Shown here: positions 21,062 to 50,159 of the stretch, piece after piece | How positions within the stretch are numbered: the stretch's first letter is position 1 | Layout: each line of letters opens with the position of its first letter | Assembly: GCA_963693365.1 (NCBI GenBank) | Contig: CAVNZM010000004.1 | Span: 3,122,389 to 3,186,388 of the forward strand | Length of the DNA: 64,000 nt | Source of the DNA: Amoebidium appalachense | Taxonomy: Eukaryota > Protista > Ichthyosporea | Direction: 5' to 3' | Made by a program: the position numbers and the translations under genes | Notes under the pieces: generated by a model | Database searches by the model: none | Told to the model about the DNA's origin: nothing | Seen by the model: the letters and a program-made list of their open reading frames with translations, nothing else

Positions 21062-22685
21062 TTCCCGCCGCCGCCGCCCCCCATTCCTCATTCCCGAGTC
21101 ATAAGCAATAGACATATGAGCTCCAAACAATCCGTCGCGCCAACAATAACCCAACAACAACAACGAAAAAGAGTAACATACCTGCGCCAGTACACGCACA
21201 CGCAGTGCCAGGGGGAAGTACTTGAAGACCATCAGGAGGATGTGGTTGGGCAGGGTCTCACTGGCATAGCTGGTCAGCCCCCAGTGCGCCATCTCCTCCT
21301 GCACCCTGCTGTCGGCCATCTGGCCCCCGTACACCTACATACACACACACAGTCAGTGCAACACACTCGGGGGTGGGGGGAGGGGGGGGGGGGGGGGGGG
21401 GGGAGGGGAGGAGGGGGGAGGTACTTGTAGCATGCATATATTGCATATGCATTTGTATGCATGTGTATGGCATGTGTTTGTATGCACCTATCATGCATAT
21501 ATCTTTTGTACATGTGAGGTTAATCCTAAACGGTTACAAATAAACAGGACAAAAAACAGCTGGATACCAATGCTCTGGACGTTGAACTATGGCTTTCCCG
21601 CTCCCCTACCTCTCCTTCTCCCCCTGTACGCGCACACACACCTGCCCACCAACGCTTTCAATCCAGGCTTCAGTACAGGAACAAAAAATCCGTTTTGCTT
21701 TGCAGCACCCGCATATGACTTTACTTTCACTGCACAGACCCACAAAGGCACACACCACAGGCACACACAGGCACACATATGCACACACCACTGGCTCACA
21801 CAGGCACACACACATACACATACAAACCACATGCACATGCATGTATACACCACATGCACACACCATATGCACACACACCATATGCACACACACACACACA
21901 CACACCATATGCACACACACACACACACACAAACACACACACCTTTCCCGAGCGCAGGAAGTCCAGCACGACCTCAAAGGCCTTAGGGTTGCGGTCCAAA
22001 AATATCTCCCCATGCGCTCCAGGCTGCAGTGCTACATATCAATGTTAGTGACCGCTAAAGGGGGGGGGGGGGTGCACTAAAAATAGCACCTTCCTAATAT
22101 GGGAGTACCCATTAGTTCCTAAGGAAAAATGAACCTTGTGTGTTGGCAAAAAGTGTATTTCGTATCCTCTTCTTACCGGGCAAGGTGGGGTGGGAGGTGT
22201 GGGTGTGTGCGTGTGCATGCTTGTGTGTGTAGCCGGAGACCGCGGTTGGGGATGCAGGATAGACGAGCGGAAGAAGGACCAGCAGCAGGGTTTGGGAAAA
22301 GTGGGGTAGATGATGATGAGAAGCAATGGACGGTGAGACAAGTTGGGGGAGAATAGCATGTGGGTAGATGGTGACGGATACCAATTATTTCTGCCTGTGT
22401 GGGGATGCCCGCGATTTCTGCCTGTGCGAGTTTAGGGGAGAGAGGTAACAGGGGAAGGAGCGAGGTTTGTAAGGTGGAAAACGAGCAACAAGACCGGAGC
22501 AAGAAACAGCAACAATTGTTAAGCTATTAACGGGGAAAGGGTGTGTATAGGGGAGAGGGGGGAGGACCGAGAGGGGGGGGAGGTGTGCGTGTGCGGGAAC
22601 ACCCCAGCAGGGGAGGAAGAGAAAAACAGAGAAGAAATGTGTGTATGTGTATGTGGTGTGTGTATGTTCGGGAGGGAGGGAGGGT

Positions 22686-22716
<31 letters not shown>

Positions 22717-23241
22717 GGGGATGGATCGGGGGGGAGGGGGGAGGGGGGACGGAAGGATAAGAGAAAGACCAGGCATTAAAGAGAGGGGAGAATGATGCAG
22801 GGAGGGAGGGGACGGATGGGATGAAATGCGGGGGGGGGGGGGGGGGGGGGGTGCTCGGGTGTGTGTGTGTGTGTGGGACGGGGGGGGGGGGGGAGGGGGG
22901 TTGAATGCGTCATGAAGTACGAAGTACACATATAATAATAAGCAGAGGGCAAGAGAGAGGGGGGGGGGGGGGGGGGGGGAGGGGGGGGGAGGGGGAGAGG
23001 GGAGAAGGGGTGGGTGGGGGAGGAACGGGGGAGGGGGGTAGGAGGCGAGGCCGGGTTGGGGGGGGGGGGGGGGGGGGGGGACAGAGAGACAGGCACACAG
23101 GCACACAGACACAAACACACACAGAGAGAGAAGAGACACAGAGAGAGAGGGAGGGAGAGAGGGAGAGGGAGAGGGAGAGAGAGAGAGAGAGAAGAGAGAG
23201 GGGGGGGGGGGGGGGGGGGGGGGGGGGAGAAGAGAGAGCAC

Positions 23242-23334
<93 letters not shown>

Positions 23335-23348
23335 GTTAGAGAATGAGA

Positions 23349-23447
<99 letters not shown>

Positions 23448-23943
23448 GAAGGGGGGGAGACAGAGAGAATGAGAAAGAGAGAGAAAGATAGAGGAGAAAT
23501 GGCGGTGGACGGGGGGTGGAGAGAGAGAGAAAAAGGAGAGAAAGAGAGAGTTAGAAAGCAAGAGGAAACATGTCAGAAACCTTTGGAGAAGTAAGATGGC
23601 CAGGCCCAGGAACGAGGGAGCAGTGGGAATCAGGTGACAGGGAGGCAGAGCATGAGAGTAAGCCCGGTAGAAACATTAGCATATTGGCAAGAGTGGCCGA
23701 AGACTGAAAGGGGTTTGGGGGGGGGGGGGGGGGGGGGGGGTTGTTTAATTACTGCGTGCTCAAAAAGGATTATCACACCAATAGAAACTATAACTTACCA
23801 GCAAGAGGAGAGTTAGGGTAGCGCTGCAGGGTGTGGCAGAAGGTTTCGAAACGAGTTCCCCCTACGTTCAGCACCACTCTGGCCTCTAAATCACCGACGG
23901 GCCGCCTCTTGGCAGCCCGCCCCGTCACACCGTTGCTCGCCAT
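14468..23943 (-). CDS. BTB/POZ (KCTD/T1-type) + F-box + leucine-rich-repeat protein, about 567 aa, 10 exons
   Basis: Exons 23943-23799, 22031-21943, 21334-21182, 20837-20733, 19628-19422, 18811-18527, 17438-17200, 16379-16247, 15483-15343 and 14674-14468. All are GT-AG and phase-consistent (1704 nt). T1-BTB: RVVLNVGGTRFETFCHTLQRYPNSPLA...EIFLDRNPKAFEVVLDFLRSGK...VQEEMAHWGL. F-box: LPNHILLMVFKYFPLALRVRVLAQVCRQWRRVV. LRRs: LGHLQFLALANC, LPHLHGLDLEGCPHLT, LGQLRRLYLDL, LTSLQDLELD. Confidence 0.88.
16994..17062 (-). repeat. Intronic duplicate of the 3' ~65 nt of exon 7 plus its donor site (copy of 17194-17262)
   Basis: CACACTGCAGGCGTCTGAGCTGAGGCATATCCCTGACC is identical in both copies at an exact 200-bp offset. 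The copy encodes FLAAVRDMPQLRRLQCDFF versus FLAVVRDMPQLRRLQCDFF. Confidence 0.85.
17582..17810. repeat. Dispersed repeat family A (~230-250 bp); other copies or fragments at 34399-34645, ~978-1118 (inverted), ~22901-22950, ~28885-28960 (inverted) and ~42905-42950
   Basis: The 17582 and 34399 copies share AATGCGGAACAC, GGTGCAGGAC, AAGTATGCAA, GCAGARCCCATCCTCAGGG, TCTGAGTTTSGACCCCTTAGCC and CAGCRTCAACTGAAC. GTACGAAGTACACA or its reverse complement occurs in the shorter fragments, and GAGGATGGGCTCTGC at ~983 links the two sets. Confidence 0.7.
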
Positions 23944-25417
23944 ATTACCGCACCATGCTTGGCCGTCTGCAAGTGTTTAGTTGAGTTATTGATCGAACGT
24001 TGCTGCCTGCCTGTTTAATTAAAGTGGATGAAATATGGAAGCAGGTAGCCCGCAGAAGTAAAACTATATCCTAAAGCATTCCTTCGCACATATTATCCAG
24101 ATGTGAGCACAAGCGCGTGCTTGGACAAGCAGTCAGCTGAAGTAATCCAAAAATTATACCGTCGAAGTTGTTTCATGGAAAGCTCAAAGTGTGGTGGACA
24201 GGCATGAAGTGAAAACTGAACTATTTTTTTATTAACCTAGTGTTTAAGCTTCGAAACTGCCACTTACTTAGAAGGCAGAAGACCTGCGCGGAACCTCAGA
24301 ATGCACCTAGAACCAGCAAAAACTCGACATCCAAAAACACAGGTGGCTGGGGAGTTTGTTTTGTATGCTACCACACTACACTAAACTCTGTCTGTTTGAG
24401 CTACAAGAAGCTCTACGAAATTAGTTCAAGAGCCTGGAATATTCTCTTTCGAAAATACACGATTCAATGACGTATTCGTTGACTCTGGTGTTTAGTCTAG
24501 GCAATTACAAGCGAAATCAGGAGAGAAAAACTGAAGCCTGCCAGCCAGTATAGTGGTATAGTGCCCGACAATATATAAGTATACGTATTTGAGCCGCACC
24601 CGGGCCCTATACTTCTTTGCAGCTGCTTCTTCATATAGTTTTCTTAGTACAATATACAAAAGAGCGAATTATTTGCCAAAAACTTTTTTATATAAGTAAT
24701 AATTTCAAAACGGAACCCAATCCTTGCAGATGATACTTGCTGCACACATACTTCCTTCGAACAATACTTATTCCTGGTGTACTTATATACGGCAGGACAC
24801 TGTATCAGGGCACAGGCAGTTACATCAGCTTACATCATGTGCACCTTGATCAGCTACTTGTGCGTATTTCAACTTCCAAGGAAGTAGAAAAAAGTAAAAA
24901 ATGTCTGTAAAATTAGTTTTTGGTCTTTAGACAGGTCGTTTTGGACCTACATAGCGTACATAAGGGCAGGGGAACTGGGCCTCAGTGAGTCAGAGGCCAG
25001 CCCCTGAGATCTATGGCCACGCACTGGTGTTGATTCGATTGGATCTTGCACAGATTCTCCAAGATTGACCAATTGCAATAAAGATGACCAAGATTTCATT
25101 GGACATATTGGCGTAACCAACCAGAAATCTCAAAAACCACTATTTCGCATACCATACGTCCTTTCCAAATTTCAAGCGGGCAGACTGGCTGATCAGAGCT
25201 GGCTTCAAGACTACTGTTGTTGTGGTGGTCTAGGTAATACGAGGAAGCCTAGCCAAACTCTGGCCACTCATAACCCATATGTAGAGCTCTCTCCTAGCTC
25301 CGGCAGGCAGCCTTTGAAGGGCCACACACGCTTACAAGCACATGCAGCAGTCCGCACCAGCATAGTAGGAAATTGCAAGTTGGACTGTCGTGCGACTGAG
25401 GCTGTACAAAAGCCAGG

Positions 25418-26009
25418 ATGGGGCAGTGCACCATTTCTCGTTCTTTTGCGGCGCTCTTTACAGTTGTGGCGTTGGGGATGGCCCTGTACGCTGCCCTGAC
25501 GCCGTTTTGGCTGACCAGCACAGGTAGGTACTGTGTGTTTCAGCGGTAACTTGGAACAGTAACCACATGTACGGATTGGCATATCTCTAGAGTAGGAGCA
25601 GCCTTGTCACTACACTCTCCCCATGTATGTGGACATGTCTATGTATTATACCTGCTGCCAATGATGTAGCAAGCATAGTAAAGGCATGCAAGGACGCAGC
25701 CATACACGTACTACTACTATTGGAATGCTCACTGCATTGCATTATTTTATCCTAGACCTGAACCAATTGTTGCTTTATGGCTCCCATAAATCCGTGGTTA
25801 ATTGTTTCTTCAGTAGGTTTTTGAGTTATATGCATGCTGAGGTTGGATGCCGTGGCAGCCAGGTCCGTGATGACGTAGTATTACAAGTACTCTTGCATTT
25901 GTGGTGGTGGTGCAGTATCAATTCTATTCTTCTTTCTCCCCTTCTTTTTTTCTTTTTTCTTTCCTTCTCTCCTTCTTTCTTTCAATCATTCTTTCTTCCT
26001 TTCTCTCTC

Positions 26010-26045
<36 letters not shown>

Positions 26046-26073
26046 CTTTCTTTCTTTCTTTATTTCTTTTTTT

Positions 26074-26115
<42 letters not shown>

Positions 26116-26822
26116 CTATCAAATGGCTTATCTAGAATCTGTTGCGTCGAGCACCAAAAAAAAGTTTATGTTTATGTGCGGGAGTTTATATGGTTTCTGA
26201 CTGGTTGCATGTTTGCAGAGGAGGGCAACAGCTCGTACTATGGGGTGACCGTTGCCTGCAGCCAGCCAGGGTACATCCGCTGGATGTTTAGAACTGATGT
26301 AAGTGCTGTGCCTGTATGCTAGTAGGGTGGGGTGTGGTGAGTGATTTCGTTCTATTTTATCTGAAATGTAGTGAATTGATCAGCTTTCCAGCTAACCTTC
26401 TACTCTAACGCTTTTCTTTGAGGTGTACATTTCATTCCGGCTGTGGGCACAATATCATTGAAATTTGTAAGTCGAGTAGTGGGCACTACATAAGCGAAGA
26501 GAAGCTCTAGCCGCCAGAACGGAGGTCGCGTACGCTAGCCTACAGACCGTGACTCACGCACACACACAGGATTATGAAACCCCACAGGGTCAGCATACAC
26601 AAAGCCACATGCACAAATGCACACCACACCCGCACACCCGCACCCAAACACACACACATACAGGCACACATTTATATGCATGCACGCGTGCACGGGTGCT
26701 GTGCGGGCGGGCGTGCACATACACATTCAGGCACAGACTCACGATGTACCGTTACGCACGCGCGCACGCACGCACGCACGCGCGCACGAACGCACGCACG
26801 CACGCACGCACGCACGCACACA

Positions 26823-26854
<32 letters not shown>

Positions 26855-28832
26855 CAACAAACATACGCAAAGCACAACAACCACATTACAAGACACACAA
26901 CACAAGACACAATGCACACTCGACACATAAAAGTCGCCACGGCGTGCATGAGTGGGGATTCACACATAGAAAACCGTCGCGCGCTCGCGCGCATACACAC
27001 ACACAGGCAATGCACACAGACACAAAGAACGTGCACGTACACCCCACAGAGAGGCATGCACACACAGAAAGGGCCCAGACACATCGGCTGAGTCAACTTG
27101 CACAAGGCAGAATTATTCAATAAAAAGCAAAACTATTCTGCAAACAGCAGAACTATCCTGCTAAAAACAGAAATATTCTTTCGGCAGCAGAATTCTGTTG
27201 TTTTTTGCGGAATAATTCTGCTAAGAGCTGAATAATTCTGCTTAAAGTAGAGCTGCTTTTGCAGAATAATTCTTCTTTGTAGAATAATTCTGCTCTTTGC
27301 AGAAAAGTTTTGCTTTTAGCATAATAAATCTGCTTTTGCAGAATAAATCTGCTTTTGCTGAATAATTTTCCTTTTTGCGGAATAATTCTGCTTTTTGCAG
27401 ATTAATTCTGCTTTTGCAGAATAATTCTGCTTTAGCCGATTAATTCTGCCGCAGAATAATTCTGCGCGGAGCAAATTGACTCAGCCGATGTGGTTGGGCC
27501 CTACAGAACGCTCACATAAGACGCTAAAGACAATGACGAGACACAAGAACACAAAGGGACAGCAAAAAAATACTCTGGAAAAAGAGCAGGCCTAGAATCC
27601 GGATAGACTCCCAGAGAGACATTACCCTGTAGGTACTTGGCAAATTTAAAGACCAGCGTACCACTAAGTAGTCCCACTTAAGACTTATTACAAGCCCATT
27701 GCAAGCCCAAACTACCTACATTGCTGGTAGACCCACACATCTTCACGTATACTCACGAAACCCTCCCTTCCTCCATATTCCAACCCTCTAAACGCATACA
27801 ACCCCCCCCCCCCTCCCCCCCCCCCCCCCCCGCCCCTCCTCTCCCCTCCCCCCGTCCCTTCTTGCCCTCCACTTCTCCCCCCGTCCTGCTCCTCCCCTAC
27901 TGCCCCCTTCCCCTTGCTCCTGCTCCCCTCCCCCCCCCCCCTCCCCCCTCCACCCTTCTCCCCACCTCCACCTCCCACCCCCACCCGGTACATCTGCAGA
28001 GAGAGTGTGGTGCGTATGGCACTAGCATTACAGACTGGCCCGGTCCATGGTGGTTCACATCATGTGTACTGCTGTGGGCCTCTATGGGTGCGCTATCACT
28101 GTGCCTGCTGGGCTCAATGTTGGTTTCATGTGTGACAAAGGAGGTGGCATGGCCAGACCTGGCCGTTTTTTCCCTGTCGATTGCAGCTGCAGGGGGTTTT
28201 TTGGCTACGGCTCTGGTGTTTCCTCTTGCTTTTGGCGATAATGTGCCTGTTATGGGTTCAGCAGGCGAGCGGGTAATTTTCTGTTCACATCTTTTTTGTC
28301 AAAGCGTGCGCGGGGTGTGGGATGCTGGTATGGGCAAGGGGGGAGGGAAGAGAGGTGTGGGGAGGGGGGGGAGAAGGGGGAGGGGTGGAGGGGAGGAGGG
28401 GGGGGCTGGGGCTCAAAGGGTACGCAGAGGGAAAATGAAAGTGATTGGATCACAGACGGTTCGGAATTTCGTGATGGATCAAAACGATAAGGAATGGGGT
28501 TATACGGACGAGGGATGAGGTAAAGAGAATCGACCAGGAAGGAACATGTGTTGCAGATGGTTTTACTTTCTGCACAGAAAACACCCGGAAAGAAGGCCAT
28601 AGTGTTTGGATTAAAACTATGAGATGCTGGTGAACCTCAGCATAGGTCATAATAGTTCATGGTCACCCACTATTTCACCATCTCACAATACTTACGGTGT
28701 ACATGGTTAGCCCATCGCACATGGCGTATAGTTCACTGCTAACCTTGGGCCCAACAGATTCAGTTCTGTGGGGAGGACAGCGGTTTTTATAAACTGGGGA
28801 CATGCCAGCTCTCTCATGGGTATACCTCCGTT

Positions 28833-28867
<35 letters not shown>

Positions 28868-29451
28868 CCCGCCTCCCCCACCCAGTATGGCATACTCTTT
28901 ATGTGTACTTTGCAGTTGCGCGGCGTTGTCCGTCTTGAGTGTGTACTTCGTACTCTCCAACACATCATCGAGACTAATCCCCCGTCTCCCCACGGGACAC
29001 TAGTACATGCCTGCATTTCTTTGTACCTTGTTTAATAGTATTGCCCGCACTGTTCCTTTTTGTAGTGGACCTTGTCAGTGGCTATTTAACACTCCCACCC
29101 ATCCCTCCCCGCCCCTTCCCTCCTCTCTCTTCTTTCGTTTCTCCCCGGTTTGCAGCTATCCCTTGCTTACCATGCTAAATGTAATTCATATATTTCAGCC
29201 GGTCCCCTGTGCATCTCAGGTGTACTTCTTTTAACACTCTGTGCCCTCCCCCCTCCTCCCTCCCCCTACCCACCCCTCGCTTCATTCCCTTTCCCCTCCC
29301 TCCCCTTCCCCCCTCCCCACCCACACTCCCTCCCCTCTCCCCCCCCCCCCCCCTCTCCCCCTCCCTCCCTCTCTCCCTCTCCTCTCCCCGCATCCCCTCC
29401 CTCCCTCTCTCCCACCTTCCCCCTCCCCTCCCCTCCCCCCCCCTTCTCCCC

Positions 29452-29482
<31 letters not shown>

Positions 29483-29708
29483 ACAAATCGTTTACACCCA
29501 CAGATACATTGTTCTAGTCCTTCTTGTTTTTTTCATGAGCCTACCCAGCTGCCTCTACTACAAGAGCTATAGGAAGGTCACCCTAGACCAAAGGCCAAAG
29601 GGCTACAAGCAGCTGAAAACCCTCGGGGAGTCTTTGGAGAGTGTCTCGGGGGACGATTTGCATTTGAGTGGGGAGGAGTCAACCACGGAAATTAAAGAAA
29701 GTGTGTGA
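25418..29708 (+). CDS. LHFPL/LHFP-like (claudin-superfamily) four-TM protein, 241 aa, 5 exons
   Basis: Exons 25418-25523, 26219-26298, 28000-28272, 28758-28819 and 29504-29708 are phase-consistent (726 nt). Translation MGQCTISRSFAALFTVVALGMALYAALTPFWLTST...SSYYGVTVAC...RECGAYGTSITDWPGPWW...LVFPLAFG...IQFCGEDSGFYKLGTCQLSHGYIVLV shows the LHFPL-type motifs PxWL, GxxxxC, CGxY, PxxWW, FPxxF and CG...YxLGxC. Confidence 0.8.
27070..27502. mobile_element. Non-autonomous foldback/MITE-like DNA element (433 bp) with ~32-bp terminal inverted repeats, AG...CT termini, 6-bp TSD and internal palindromic subrepeats
   Basis: Left end AGGGCCCAGACACATCGGCTGAGTCAACTTGC; right end GCAAATTGACTCAGCCGATGTGGTTGGGCCCT. 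ACAGAA flanks both ends (27064-27069 and 27503-27508). The interior consists of many ~19-bp GCAGAATWATTCTGCTTTT-like units. Confidence 0.88.
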
Positions 29709-30279
29709 TGAAAACTGAGGAATATTTTTCATGTATATAGTCACCTGTTTTAACTGATGTGTTTTTATAAGGGTATTCCCTCACACCCTCTCGTTTTTCA
29801 TCGCTAATAAATAGCAAAATAGGTGGAGAGGAGGGAAAGGAGGTGTGGGGGGAGGGGGGGGGGAGGGGGGGGGGGGGGGAGGAGAGAGGGAGAGAGAGTG
29901 AAAGGAGGGAGGGAGCGAGCGAGAGGGTATGTACATAGAACAACAGCACAAAATGTTTAAACGTTCCAGCCCAGTTTCTTCTAATTAATTTTTTTTTAAC
30001 GGTTTTCATATATGGGCATAGCAGTGTTTCATCGATTTCTTACGGTCTCCTTAGATGGGTGATTCGATCGAACCGGATTCGATCTCTACCAATCAATAAC
30101 ATGGATTACAGAAACAGGAGAGTGGTTCGTAAATTGTAGAATGCTTTGGCATACACGCTCGCGGGCACACAGGCACGCAAAAACACACAAACACACACAC
30201 GTAAACACACATGCATGCGCACACACACACACGCGCGCGCACACGCACGCACGCACACACACACACATGCACACGTCAT

Positions 30280-30361
<82 letters not shown>

Positions 30362-30972
30362 TGACATATACATCTGGCACACACAAAAGCACACACCTGC
30401 AACACTACACACGTCCGATACAACACACGCACCTACGTACACACACCTCCATCCATGGTGCTTGAACACACACTCCCTTGCCCACCCTTTCCCCTCTCAT
30501 GCACCTGTGCCACATCCTGTACACACACACACACACACACACACACGACAGCCACAGTACTTGCTTGCGCGTGCGCACACGCGCAAGCGATTACAAGGGC
30601 AAACGCACACCCGTTGCACACATGAGCACTCGATTCGTACCCTTTGTACCTAGCCAGCCTATTCCCTGGGTTTTATGTAGTGACCAATGGTGAGAACTGA
30701 GACTGGTTTAATATGTCCTTTTCTTGCGCAAAAAAAAAAAAAGCAAAACAAAAGGCTTTTTTTCGAAACCCCCCCCCCCCCCCCCCCACCCACCCACCCA
30801 CCCACCCACCCACCCACCCCAACCTTTGCCCATGATTCCTTTTCCCCCTAATCCCCGACGGTAGCCTACCTGCCTACTCTAGGCACATTTGGGCTTTGTT
30901 GCCCCTACATACTACACAGGTTACAGAAACTGGCTACAGGCTGCTTGTTCAGTAGCTCCGTGCTGTTCCCTC

Positions 30973-31022
<50 letters not shown>

Positions 31023-31438
31023 ACACACACCGCCCCTTTTTTTCTCCCCCCATTTTTTGGGCCCCAGACTCGGAAAGCAGGGGGTTGGGTTTGTGGTGGG
31101 GGTGGTGGGGTGGGGGGGGGGAGAGGGGGGGTTCTTAGCAGCCGCGGAGGAGAAGGGGATGGGGTGAAACCGGAATTTCTACCAGAAGACATGTCACCCA
31201 TGCAACAGTAAACATTCATTACGGCATTTCTTTCTGCCTTTCTGCTGTCACCCCCACTGGGCGGTATATGATTATTATACAAGGTTCTGTAAAACTCCTG
31301 TACACATACAACACGGCCTTCGACTCTATCTTTCAACAGCTCCTATTCCTTGAACGGGACATTACCCACATACATTATTCTTCTACAATCATTGTTTTAA
31401 TACAGGCCTAGAGTCCCATGGCACCCCAAGTTGTGACG

Positions 31439-48202
<16,764 letters not shown>

Positions 48203-48588
48203 CCTCTCAGCAAAGGCAGGTCGAGTCCCCACCCCGTCTACTGTCTTTTTGCCGTAGGTTTAGACGTCGCTTTTGCTTGTTAGTCGGGGTATGTCCTATT
48301 TAGGGCCTTTATTTAGAGAAGAGAAGCACCTCAGCGGCTCATACACAGAAAACTCTGAAATGACAAAGGCCTGAGCTCGAGCTAAACGGAGGATTTTGTG
48401 ACTTCGGTCAAGACAGTCACAACGGACGGTCGACAGTCTGTGTCACTCGAGTAAATTTGTCCGGTGGTACACGTTTGACCAATCAAAGGTGTTTGTAGAC
48501 ATTCCAGAGCCATTAAATTATATTAAGAAATCGTTGTCTTTTAGTCTTACTATTTATAGCTCACTTTGGCCTTCTGTTGCCCATCAGG

Positions 48589-48703
48589 CAGGGGTGTGGC
48601 GACTTGACTCCGAATCGCGACTTAAAGTCACGAAAGCTCCTGACTTGAGTCAAGTCAAGTCAGGACGGCAGGCGTGACTGACGGCCCAGGGCAGGGAGGG
48701 GCA

Positions 48704-48752
<49 letters not shown>

Positions 48753-49907
48753 ACTCTTTTTCTTTTGACTCGTTTTTATTGATCCGTTGATGAAGGCAAC
48801 GTGCAGCCACAGGCTACATTCCACCAATAGAACTGAAAAAGCCAAAGCTACGAAATAAAAATAAGCGACAAGTGACAAAGGACACCAGCGGGCAAAACCT
48901 TAAGTGTACATGTATGCGTGAAACTAGTTTGCTCCAACTAGTCATATGCATCGATGTTGACCAGACCACACTCCGCAAGAAGACATCATTACTGCTGCTT
49001 CCCAACAGGCCCCCCTCAAAACCTACCGAGGCACAGCAAGCAAGTCAGCCTCTAAAAGAGCAATGCAGACCAAATCTGAGCTAAAACACAATCCCAACAG
49101 GCCCGGCCCCTAGATAACCCGGAGAAACTGCATCTAGCTCTCTGATAAGGTGGCCTAGTTGTGGCAGGACACACAGAAAAAAAAACAATTACAGAATGCA
49201 TGCGAGCAAACCCGGTCATTGCCATACGACTGGAGGCTAAGGACTGGCAGTCACTTGGAAAGCTCCCCAACGACCAAGTAGCCGCCCCTCCACTCACGCA
49301 GCGCAGAAATAGCTGAAGAAGTTGCAGCAGCCCACCGCCAATAGGTCGCGTAGAAGCATAGACAGCGTGTAGAAGTTACCATAGGTTGCAGTGGAACACC
49401 AGGCGTTGAAGAAACCACTTCTCAAGCGAGAAACTCCGCGAAAGGGAGATGCCCCCACACTCTCACAGCAGTAGGAATACACCAGGCCACACCACAGACA
49501 CGCTGCAGTCACGTTCCCCTGAGTGGGACTCCCTCCCACCACAAAAAGAAGAAACGAAAGCCTTTATATACCTGCCATGGTGAAGAATCGGGAAAAAAAG
49601 TTGACGTGACAGCTAAGAGATCGAAGTGAAAGTGAAGTCCAAAGGACTCCCTCCCACCACAAAAAGAAGAAACGAAAGCCTTTATATACCTGCCATGGTG
49701 AAGAATCGGGAAAAAAAGTTGACGTGACAGCTAAGAGATCGAAGTGAAAGTGAAGTCCACAAAAAGAAGAAACGAAAGCCTTTATATACCTGCCATGGTG
49801 AAGAATCGGGAAAAAATTGACGTGACAGCTAAGAGATCGAAGTGAAAGTGAAGTCAGGGGAAACTCGGAGGGACTGACCCGGAGCCTGGAGCACTCCGGA
49901 GGCGGCC

Positions 49908-49952
<45 letters not shown>

Positions 49953-50159
49953 ACCCCACCCCACCCCACCCCACCCCTCCGAGCCCATGGCCACGTACGG
50001 GCCAAAAGCCTTGCACTAAAAATTAGTAACAAGTCACCTAAAGTCGCGACTTGAGTCATAGGGTCAAAAGTCGCGACTCCAAGTCAAGTCAAGTCACAAG
50101 CTCCAGCTGCCAATTATGATTATAAGTCAAGTCAAGTCATGAAGGTTCCGCCACACCCC
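48589..50159. mobile_element. Degenerate hAT-like non-autonomous DNA transposon (~1.57 kb) between the divergent ankyrin and Argonaute genes
   Basis: Left end CAGGGGTGTGGCG; right end CGCCACACCCC, with the terminal TG lost. Imperfect 8-bp TSD CCATCAGG (48581-48588) / CCATCAAG (50160-50167). Dense subterminal AAGTC/GACTT pentamers at both ends (48601-48662, 50030-50140). CAGGG termini with an 8-bp TSD are hAT hallmarks. No intact transposase ORF. Confidence 0.7.
49526..49856. repeat. Near-perfect tandem repeat inside the hAT-like element (~118-bp unit, about 2.8 copies)
   Basis: CCACAAAAAGAAGAAACGAAAGCCTTTATATACCTGCCATGGTGAAGAATCGGGAAAAAAAGTTGACGTGACAGCTAAGAGATCGAAGTGAAAGTGAAGTC occurs three times (third copy slightly shorter). 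Confidence 0.92.

Noticed and set aside
25065-25499. 144-aa ORF upstream of the tetraspan gene
   Set aside because: It overlaps the true first exon in a different frame and has no recognisable features.
27108-27465. Palindromic ~19-bp repeats considered as a CRISPR array
   Set aside because: There are no spacers, and the repeats are enclosed by TIRs and a TSD, so they are transposon subterminal repeats.
31180-31342. Possible additional last exon (ELLKDRVEGRVVCVQEFY...) via a donor at 31465
   Set aside because: It cannot be distinguished from 3' UTR. The upstream exon already reaches a stop at 31439 at the expected end of the domain.
49526-49856. Tandem array considered as a CRISPR-like locus or snRNA cluster near Argonaute
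   Set aside because: The units are contiguous with no unique spacers, no cas genes are present, and the resemblance to the U1 5' end is only a few bases.
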